A stretch of 64,000 nt of DNA. It comes from Orbicella franksi. Taxonomy: Eukaryota. A program made the position numbers and the translations under genes. Location of the stretch: positions 2,976,001-3,040,000 of the forward strand of contig OZ116705.1 of assembly GCA_964199315.1 (NCBI GenBank). The letters run 5' to 3'. Below, piece after piece: positions 54,501 to 64,000 of the stretch; the first letter of the stretch is position 1; each line of letters begins with the position of its first letter. Below the pieces are notes generated by a model. That model saw only the letters and a program-made list of their open reading frames with translations, searched no databases and was not told the DNA's origin.

Positions 54501-57500
54501 TGTTGCTTTTATGCTTTTAAGCCGCTGTTTTTCAGTCTCTTGTTACAATGAGACTTCTTGCAATAGTATTCCGGCGCGAGGTTTAATTTTCCAGCCTCAG
54601 TTGGCCTATTTAAGAAGAAATGATACTTCAAGAAGTACATTGAACAATCATTTCGCAACAGTTGCAATTTCTAAAACACAAACTTCGGTCATGGTGTTCT
54701 CTTCATCGAGTGAACTAGGAGGAACGGAAAGCAAAAAAAGCTTGGCTCGTTTCCATGACAACTGTCGCTATAGTAACTCGGAGATTCACGTAACCCTTCG
54801 AGGAGGACTGAACGCAGGATCATTTTTGGACTCTGGTGTAGTTGATAACATTACGGAATGCGTCGATAACTGTTGCCAGGCGACCAAATGTGACGTTGCC
54901 TTCATGATCGTGAAGAGATGTTTTTTGGTAACGTGCTATAGTTCCAGCCTGTGTCAGAGCATTCCTGCGCGAAATTCCGGCTACTTCACCGAGATTGTGC
55001 ACATAGCACGAGACGAGAACGCTGTTGTTCGAGATCTTCTAGCAAGACTCGTGCAATCATCGTCGCCGCCTGTCAAGATGAAAAGCGTTGTTTCAAGTTC
55101 GGTGGAAACCTCCACATTCCGTGTTAACCTTCTCAACTCCAGTAGCTCGCTATTTCTCAATAGCACCACAGGTGGCTCCATAAGTAAACTCTTGACACTG
55201 AGTGGCCATTTTACTGGTTTCTACAGCGGATCAAGTTTGCCCTCAAGGCCACCCGCTGTACCTGCTTTTAGGGCGGTAATCAAATCTGCGATTGCACCGC
55301 TAAACGTCAACAAACAAGGAATAGTTGGACTGATTCAAACGATAGGTATGTCAACACGTCCATTGAGCACTCGTCATGTACTCGATCAGAACATTACGCC
55401 ATCTTCAGTGAAGCTTAATTCACCATCAAGCTCGCAATGGCCTGAAACTGTCGGAGATGGAAATATACAAGGAAAACAACTGGAAACTGTAGAGTTTTCG
55501 AAAGATGAAACATGTCAAAGCACAGCTGTTTTTTACAATGCAACCATGCGTGGAGGAATTAATGCTGGCGTTTTCAAGGACCAAGGGACCGTGCAAAATA
55601 TGCGGAAATGTATTGAGCAATGTTGCCGATGGCAGTTCTGTAGTGTAGCGTTTATGCTTTTGACTCGTTGTTATATAATTGCCTGCTACAATGATCACTT
55701 GTGCGATCCTGTTACAGCCAGAAATGTGACTTTCACACCTCGCATTGCTTTTGTTTCTCGTGTGCGGAGAGATCATGGCAATTTGAGTAGAATTTTAGAA
55801 AACATCCCAACACCTACCTTGTCAGTCTACCAGAAGTCACACCTTAAAACATCAACAGGAGGGACAAATTTCACAACAGCCAAAGTTTATTCAAACAAGG
55901 CATTATTCCCGTCTACATTGACTAACGCAGCACCACAGCTGCCAAGTTCGCTGGCAATTAAACCTTCGCCATCTCAATCGTCGTTTTCTAAAGTGTTTTC
56001 GTCTCGACCTGTATTGCGTCATAATTGCACCAACAGCGAACAAAAACACAATGTAACATTTCGCGGCGGGCTAAGTGCAGGGCATTTCAAAGACAGGGGT
56101 AAAGTCGCCGATATGGAAAAGTGTGTCGACTTTTGTTGCAAAGAAGACCATTGTGATGTTGCGCTGATGCTTTTGGAAAACTGTTTTACGGTCATCTGTC
56201 ACAACAAACGCCTTTGTGAGAGCGTACCTGCCAAGACTGGACGGTACAAGTCAAGAATAGTTTACGTTGGGAAGAATCGTAGTGATAAATCCACCCAGCT
56301 GGTAACGCATAAATTAACAAAGACAATCTCCTTACTAGATGCCGCTTTGCCGGCTATGGGAGAAAATAATGAAACTGAGACTTGGCAAAATAGAAAGAAA
56401 ACCACTGTCTCTGAGAGAACTCGTAGTTTTGAGTCTCAACAACTTACGCAACTCTTATCTTCTCCACCGTTTGAGGAGGTCGACCAATCGAGTAACATCT
56501 CGAAGATAGAAAATTTGACTTCTACCGAACATTCCACAAATCAAAGTGAAACAAATAAAGAACATGAGAGTTTGATACTTCAAAAAAAATTACATAAAAA
56601 CGCAAAAACTAAAACATTTGACGCTACGGCGTCACAACGCAAACAACATCACCTGATTTCAGCATCTGTATCATCAGGTCATAACACTAGCTTGCTATTT
56701 TCGTCAACCATAAGGCTGAACGCAAGCGTCTGGGCTCTTCCTGAGCCAGGTAAATCGGCCATAAAAAGGGGTGGAAAGTCAGGACACAAATCTGGGCTAA
56801 CGTCGACTTTTACGAACCCCTCACAACACTCATTTCCTCAACCTTCCTCTTGTCTCAGCAGCCCGATCTCTTACAATGTTACGCTACGCAACGGTATCCG
56901 ATCGGGCTATTTTAGAGACCAGGGGAGGGTTGAGAATAATGGCGCGTGTATACAAAAGTGCTGCGGCGCTGAGGACTGTGATGTGGCTTTCTTGCTCAAG
57001 CAAAGGTGCTACCTCGTCACGTGCTACACTAAGAAGGGATGCGAGACAGTTCCAGCCAGACACAGCTTATTCAGACCACGTGTTTCTCACGTGCAGCGGA
57101 CCAATGTTTCCCAACTGATGTCGTTCATGGACGAGCAGGATGATGCTTATTCATCTGGGAAGACAGCTTCTATCCAGTCTCGCAGCAGTACTCGAACTCA
57201 TTTTATTACACCGTCTTCGACCCTCCCCGCTCCAGTTAACTCACTTGATAGTAGTAGTATACATAAAACAGAAACAAAGGCGTCACCAACTCACAAGGCA
57301 CAGGCATCTCCAGCTCACCACAGTGGAACGAAACATCACAAACTAAAGACTGATAAAAATAAACACAGATCTGGTAACCTAGAAACGCAAAAGAGGTCGC
57401 AGCACGTGACAGTAGCACCTGAGCTAAAGAAGAGGAAATCGATGAAGTCAACAAAGAGTCGACGCGCCAGACATAAACCTAAACCAAAGGAGACAAAGAG

Positions 57501-60500
57501 TGAATCATCAAGAGCCAAAATGCAACATTTTCAGTTACAAATGGTGGAGAAAAAAGATCAGAAATTGTCTCATAGTGACTTGAATCAGTTATTCCATCTT
57601 ATGAAGCCCACGAAACGAGTGAACAATGCTCACAGCATGTCAGATGTTGGACCACAGGAGACGAATTCTGACAGCTTAAAAAAGACAACACAACCAGACA
57701 AAATATCCCTCAAGGACGGAGCTATAGCGTCATCGTTTAACTTTCCAACAGTTATAACGACGGCCCCAACTCCTTCCGCTTCGAAACAGGACAGTTCTCG
57801 AAAAGCAGTGGCTGCAGGTTTTGACCATAGGACATCTAAAAAGAAAAACGAAGCTACTAGTTTACACAGAAAGTCATCTGCGTCCACTCACAAAGGAGCG
57901 ACTAAGCAGCGTACTAGGCCTTCTTTGGCAGCAACAAAGCCACATTCAAGAAGTCACAAGTCTCAAACCACAGTAACAGGTCGTCTTGATTTTGCTTCCC
58001 AAGTTAAGGCTCTTCTTGAAAAAGAAGGCGACAATAAGGAACATTTTGAACAAACCAAAAAGGCAAAGTTTAGCCGAAAGACAACGACTAAGCAAAAAGC
58101 TACTTTTATGAACACTAAAGAATTTCACGATTACACTACAACATCAACTACGTCACGTCTAACAGCACCAACCCGAACAAGGTTACGTTTAAATACACCG
58201 CGGCAACCTACTGTACTGCCACCGAAAGTTTCATCGCATCGTGGAAGTAAATTCCGTGAAACGAAATCAACTGTACCCTCCTTGCCGACACAAGTTCCCG
58301 ATCTTCGGGTCTCAAGTTGTGCAACAGGCCATGTGGAATGTAATCAAACATTACGGGGTGGGTTGTCTTCAGGTTTGTTTCATGAGGTAGGCAAAGTGAC
58401 AGATATTCGGGGATGCTCACAGCACTGTTGTTCCAGTCCCATATGTGATTTAGCCTTCATGGTACTGAACCACTGCTTTTTGGTCACCTGTTCAAGTTCC
58501 AATCCTCACATGTGCGATAGCACGCCAGCCTTGGCTACGAACTTTAATCCGATGATCTCTCGTGTATCGCGAAGTGGGAGCAAAGACAATAAAGATCAGC
58601 CGATGAAAACTGCGTCGGACAGAAACAACAAACCAACCCCCACTGTAAAGCCACTTGCAACACCACCTAAGTTGCCAAGGCAACCAGAAATGGAAGCGCC
58701 GGTACCTGCTAGTAACGTAACCAACCAGTCAACTGCCGAGAATCAAGCAAATTCATCTACGTCACCTGCTAACTCGTCACGGAGACACCCTGAAGCTAAA
58801 GAGAGTGGTGCAATGCCTGTTTCTGCATCTGAAATGCTACCATCCCCTCCAGGCTGCATTTCCTCTTTAACGGAGCACAATGTTACACTAAGAGGGGGTC
58901 TTCATGCCGGAAAATTCACAGACGCGGGTAAAGTGGACGGGTCTTACACTTGTACCGAGCTGTGTTGCAAGGCAGATAACTGTGATGTAGCATTTTTCGC
59001 TTTTCATCGCTGTTTCCTTGTCAACTGTTTCGATGAGTACCTTTGTACTTCCACGCCCTCGTTGCTGCCGAACTTCAATCCAACTCTGGTTCACGTGTAC
59101 CGCCATCATTCAAAACCAACGCCAAAGCCATCAACGACTTTACCACCAATCAACTATGTGTTGCAGCAAATCGAAGATGAAACGAAAACAAAATCAAATA
59201 GCAAGAATAAAACTTGTGCCCATTCTGAAGTTTATGAAGAAGTCACGCTTAGGAAAGGCTACAAAGCTGGAAAGTTCACCTCTCATGGTAAAATCAATTC
59301 TACAGATCAGTGCGTCGACTTCTGTTGTAGACAGTCTGGTTGTGACTTGATTTTCATGTTTCTAAACAACTGTTTCACAGTTTCCTGTTCCAGTGGAGTC
59401 GCGTGCGAAATCGTATCAGCGAGACAATCCAGGTTTAAACCTAGGGTTGTTTATTTGATTAAAAATAACTCCACCAAGCTGATTAAACCATCAGAATTGA
59501 ATTCTTCTCTCTCTGATCCGAAATCTTTCGTCGGAAAGCAGCCTGTGAATGCCGTGCATTATAAGGAACTGCTATCGGATAAGAATAATGGGGGATCGTA
59601 CAAGAAGGACTTCAGCCAAATGAGCAATGACACCGAAACAATAGATGAAGAGTTCACGGAAGTTCCTGATAACAAAATAACGTCGCGCACTGTCATCAAT
59701 ACGGCGGGAAAAGTTAACTCACAACATCTGAAACACAACGTTAGCGAACGTATCGTGGGAAAAGAGCCTTTACATACCTTGCAAAATAAGGTGTTGCGAC
59801 TGAGTGAGAGAAATCAAGAATCTTACAAAAAGAACTTCACCCAAATGAACAATGATACCGAAACAGTGGATGAAGAATTTACGAAAGTTCCTGGCAACAA
59901 AATAACGTCTCGCACTGTAATCAATTCTGCGGTAAACGCTAGCTCACAGCGTCAAAAACACAACATTAGTAACAATTTAATTGCTAAATCCGATATTAAA
60001 ACTACAAAACAACGCTTCAAGGACAACCATCAACCGAAACTTGAAAGTGGTGAAATGACCAATCACAAGGAAAGCAGAACAGACGAAAAGATGGACCTTG
60101 TGTTGAATAAACTAACCAACGTCACAGAAGAGAATAAACGCCTTGAAGGAGAGCTTCACGTTGTTATGGCCAAACAGAATAAGCGCCGTCATAAAAGTAG
60201 AGTAACATCCTCAGTTCCGGCTAGAGGAGAGCGTATGAAAGAGAAGTCACAGTCTTCAAAGAGTATTGAAAATAAACGGATTAAGTATAAAGAGAGGCGA
60301 AGAATGGGTAGGTTAGGATTCAGTGGTGACGGATCCGGAATGGACTCCTCAGCTCGGAAAAGGGTAGTCATTGTGGATACAGACAGACCTCCAGTGTTTC
60401 CGCCAACAGATGAGCATAACATCGAGGAACACAGTATACATGCATTCCGGAGGAAAACGTATCAAAAAGATCATCACTTGAGAAAATCTGGAAAGGTGAC

Positions 60501-63500
60501 ACCAGAGCAACGACCCCTAAAAAAGCAGCGTAACAATACAAAGACAGGATTAAAACACTGGGATCCGACAAATGAACACGATATCGAGGAACATTCTATT
60601 TATAGCATCAGCGATGTATCGGAAAGCAGGAGCGAATCGATGAAAAACCCGCACGTTAAGGTGGGAGAAGGTTCGGAGGTCAAGTACGGACAACCCGAAG
60701 AAGACACAGATGATCTCGAATTGAACGACATTCTGAAGCTGAAACCAAACAATAAGCATGCAAGGAGACCAGAGGAACCAGTGTGGATAAGTTCCAGTGA
60801 TGAAAACAAAGACGACAGGGAAAGCTTCCATGAACAAATACCTCCTACTCAAAAATGGCATTTCAAGTTTAATGACCGAACAAACAAGGAGCATACCAAT
60901 GAGGATGAATTCCACATTGAACATCAAGATAAATCAATTGCAAGGTTGGCTGATAAAAACGTTTGGATGAACACAAGAAATGAAGATATAGATCATAAGG
61001 AAAGTTTCCATGAAGAAATATTTCCAACACATAAAGCGCACTTCCAGTTGGATAGCCAGAAAGGCCTCGGACATACCAGTGAGGATGAATTCCACGTTAA
61101 ACATCAATATAACTCTAAGTTGGCTGATAAACATGTTTGGATTAACACAAGAAATGAAGATATCGATAACATGGAAAGTTTCCATGACCAAATAGCTCCA
61201 ACACACAAATCGCATTTCCAGCTGGATGGCCAGAGAGGCCTCGAACATGCCAGTGAGGAAGAGTTCCACATCCATGATCCAACTTCGCCTGCAAAACATA
61301 TGTGGATGAGCTCGACGAATAAAAACAAAGACCGTTTGGAAAACTTTGATGAACAAATAGCTCCAACTCACAGATCCCATTTCCAGTTGGACAAACAGAA
61401 AGAGAGGATGAGAGAGGATGAATTCGACATTGATGGCAACGATAAGTCAGAGGATTCCGAAAGCCATGTCTGGGTTAGTTCGAGAGACAGAAATGAAGAC
61501 CATTTGGGAAGCTTTCATGATCAAATAGCTCCCACCCATAAATCCAATTTTCAATTTGAGAACCAGAGAATTAACAAAAATTCCAGAGAGGACAAACGGC
61601 ACAAAGAACAACAAGATAAGCCAGATGTGTCTCAACAGCATGTGTGGAAGAGTACTAGGAATAGAAATGAAGATCGCCTAAAAAGCTTTGATGACCAAAT
61701 AGCTTCTACTCATAAATCCACCTTCCAGTTGGATAAACAGCGAGAAAACCAGAATACCAAAGAGGATGACTTCGACATTGAAACCCATTATAGACCAGAG
61801 GAACCCCAAAGGCATACATCGATTGGTTCGCGAAATAAGAATGAAGACCAGCCGGGAAGCTTTAATGAACAAGTAGCTCCTACTCATATATCGCATTTCC
61901 AGTTAGATAAATCGGGAGATAACTATCATTCTAACGACTACGATTTTCATCTTGAAGACAACGTTGAGCCGCAAGATTCTGAGAAACATGTGGGGGAAAG
62001 TTCGAGAAATCGAAGCAAAGATCACATGGAAATGGTAAACGTTCCTGAACCAACTGTGCCTTCTCATACATCTAGATTCCAATTTGATAATCAGGGGAAG
62101 ACCAAGCATATCAACAGAGATGAATTTCACATTAAACAGCAACACAAACCATCTGTACATGAAGTGGCTGGCGCTGAGCCAAAAGACCAACATGACAACG
62201 AGCGCCCGGAAATGTTGTCTCAAAATGTCTCAAAGGAGCCTGAAACTGACTTCACAATGTCGAACTCCTCTGAGCCTGCTTTGTCAGAGTTTGTCGAGTC
62301 AGAAAAGAACACTGGGACATCTCAAGTGGGGCATGGTGCTGAGGGACCTGTTTTTGCGAAGGAAGACTTTGCTAAAGGACATAAAAGGGTACCACATGAT
62401 CATAACGATGGTAGCAATAGCAAGCCAATTGAGGAGATGGCTTTGACGGAAAAACCCTTAGATATTTCTACCTCCTCATCTGTGACCGAGCACACAGGAA
62501 ATGGGCATAAAACATTGACTCTTCCCGATCGAAAGCAAGAAAACAATAGTCATGAAAAACCAGACCTCGACGCGATCTATAACAAAATAAACAACATCTA
62601 CAATCGCCTGCAGGATCTTTTTGACGCACAGTCTCGAAGAGAACGAAATACGACCCGTTCCTCTCGTAAAACACGAGGAAGGCTGGATGGAGTAAGCGAA
62701 AACTCAAAGAGGCGTGAAGAAGGTATACCGACGCCCCCAGTGTCATCCCTGAGGCCTACAACTCTTCCTTCCAGGTTAACACCACCAACAAAGAGAGTAC
62801 GAGTTGTCAAACAGTTTGTAACTGATGACTTTGGAGGCTCTGGTGTGCCGCCACATCGCCATCGAGATGCCCTCATGGATTACATTAAAACCATTTATAA
62901 TCGTGTGCAGGAGTTATACAAAAGGAAGCTGAAGACTCCACCTCCTAGCAAAAGAAGAAAGTTTCATCATGTTTTTGCCTCAAGGGACGACAGAAAACAA
63001 AGGAAAACCAGTAAGGGGAGAAGTCACACGAGGAAAGCGAAAAATTACCATCGTAAGAAAGTTGAAGAGGAAGCAGTCTTGAAAGAGATGAAGCGGATAT
63101 ATAAAAATATGAAGGAAATGTACCATCAGCAACGGAAAGCGCAGAAGAAAGCCAAAATTATCGCTCAAACCTCTGAAGGACAACATCAACGGTCATACAT
63201 TCCTTCACGTTATGGTGCTCGTGAAAGTGATGGTCGAACAGCTCCAACTGTGGAGAGTGCGAAACCGACAGGCCTGGTGGAGACTCTCGAGAGGCCAATT
63301 TCACTGACCAGTAGTATCGTAGGAGCTCGAGTTAAACCACAAGTTCATAAGACCGGTAAGTACCCGTCGTGCATTGTCTGATTTGATAGTCAAACAATTA
63401 AATGTGAAAGAAACGTGTGGTTTTTACGACAGGTTGCTACGTCTGACAAATTTATTTAAGATATCTCTGAAGGCTGTATTGCATAAAAAGGTGAATACGA

Positions 63501-64000
63501 TACGTTGAACGTGAATTCCAAACTTGGGACGAAAATTTTGAAGGATTAATTGACAGGTTTGTCGTGGTGATTTCCGTAGAGACTCCCTGCAAACGTGAAA
63601 TATTGTTTCTGGTTTATTTAACATTTCAATGTCAGTTTCGAACAAAGGGAATAGTTAAATAACCTCGATAGAACGAGTTTTGCTGTGTAGTTTGAATTAA
63701 GATTTGTTCATTTTGTGTTTTCCCATTTCAGACAGTGGACATCGGCTTGCCCATGAACCTCCAAGGCAACCTAGTGATGAAGGTTATCAGCGACACAAGC
63801 CGACAGAACCTAGCAAAGGTTACAATGACTCGATCAAGCATGGCGGTATTTTGGCTGATAGCTTGGCTTCAAGACATCCTACAGTTAACCAGTCATTCAT
63901 TGACAGGATAGTGGCAGAAATCCAAGCGGAGCACCCGATCATTGGAAAGAAGAAAAAAAGCAATAAATCCGATAACTTGCAACAGTTGATTGACAATGTG
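27550..64000 (+). CDS. Giant secreted or cell-surface protein with 27 MANEC/MANSC-like 8-Cys modules and mucin-like Ser/Thr spacers (at least 9,758 aa, 3' incomplete); possibly KIAA0319/AAVR family
   Basis: Exons: 27550-27628 (signal-peptide-like MPADRLRTIKPRTALVFLAVGLLQIFG), 27722-28057, 30586-30888, 31687-32805, 34439-34915, 35414-35728, 36406-41196, 41771-63355, 63732-64000 (open to the edge); 29,274 nt. All introns are GT-AG and phase 1. Module pattern: C-x31-C-x3-CC-x4-C-x9-C-x4-C-x5-C with vTlrGG.aG.F and cdvAFm...Cf.v.C. Confidence 0.85.
28564..29253. mobile_element. Foldback or Kolobok-like non-autonomous element with arms over 200 bp
   Basis: TTAA|GGTTACCGTATATCTTCAGAGGTGTCTCGCGTCCAAG... 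versus ...CTTGGACGCAAGACACCTCTAAAGGTATACGGTAACC|TAAA; inverted similarity continues through ATCAAATTAAAGCTTATA and TTTTGAAAGCTTCAAGT. Confidence 0.75.
30118..30463. mobile_element. MITE containing a LINE-like 3' tail insertion (30293-30429)
   Basis: TTAATAGGCCGCTTTCGATATATCAATATTCTAA ... TTAGAATATTGATATATCGAACGCAGCCTATTAA; the insert ends in AATAAATGC(TAT)n and is flanked by TTAGA repeats. Confidence 0.75.
31286..31590. mobile_element. MITE with decayed left terminus
   Basis: Right end ATGGTCCGTCCCTTA; left end TGGTATGGACCAT followed by a T/G tract mirrored by a C/A tract on the right. Confidence 0.5.
36406..41196 (+). CDS. Giant gene exon 7 (4,791 nt), 7 MANEC-like modules
   Basis: Acceptor ctcatag|TT, donor ATTG|gtaagg. 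Modules start at about 37071, 37899, 39066, 39528, 40308, 40635, 40926. Matches ORF 36393..41237. Confidence 0.85.
41771..63355 (+). CDS. Giant gene exon 8 (21,585 nt), 16 MANEC-like modules plus His/acidic repeats
   Basis: Acceptor ttctgatcag|AAAACC, donor ACCG|gtaagt, uninterrupted frame (ORF 41866..63381). Modules start at about 46285, 46615, 46933, 47233, 47563, 48604, 49003, 53953, 54370, 54763, 55513, 56026, 56851, 58318, 58855, 59215. Confidence 0.85.
60775..62150 (+). repeat. Coding tandem repeat: 8 copies of a ~55-60-aa His/Asp/Glu-rich unit
   Basis: Consensus [KH]VW.s.rn.neD...SFh[de]QIaPTHkshFQld.q......ededFhi, visible in the translation of exon 8. Confidence 0.85.

Noticed and set aside
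41910-63189. Many 60-170 aa antisense and alternate-frame ORFs within the giant exons
   Set aside because: These are shadows of a long coding frame, with no recognisable motifs or independent splice logic.
36393-63381. ORFs 36393..41237 and 41866..63381 as two independent intronless genes
   Set aside because: Neither begins with a signal peptide. Both have strong phase-1 acceptors and donors that join in frame with upstream exons starting at a signal-peptide exon.

Overview
This is intron-rich animal genomic DNA. The repeat families, frequent TACATGTA motif and gene content suggest a cnidarian, probably a stony coral (inference). I assembled four spliced genes by hand from GT-AG sites and reading-frame continuity. 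(1) CENP-E/kinesin-7 on the minus strand, 17 exons, running off the left edge. (2) FBXO9 on the plus strand, head-to-head with CENP-E, about 424 aa. (3) TDP2 on the minus strand, 5 exons. (4) A giant signal-peptide gene on the plus strand, from 27550 past the right edge. It encodes at least 9,758 aa within the window, with 27 eight-cysteine MANEC/MANSC-like modules separated by non-repetitive Ser/Thr-rich spacers. It also has a single 21,585-nt coding exon, only phase-1 introns, an unrecognised 8-copy His/acidic ~57-aa repeat, and furin-type and Ser-Gly sites. The giant gene sits beside TDP2, as the MANEC gene KIAA0319 does in humans, so it may be a hugely expanded KIAA0319/AAVR-family member. 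Introns and intergenic DNA carry tRNA-derived SINEs and many MITEs, several nested, including hAT-like elements with 5- and 6-bp target duplications.
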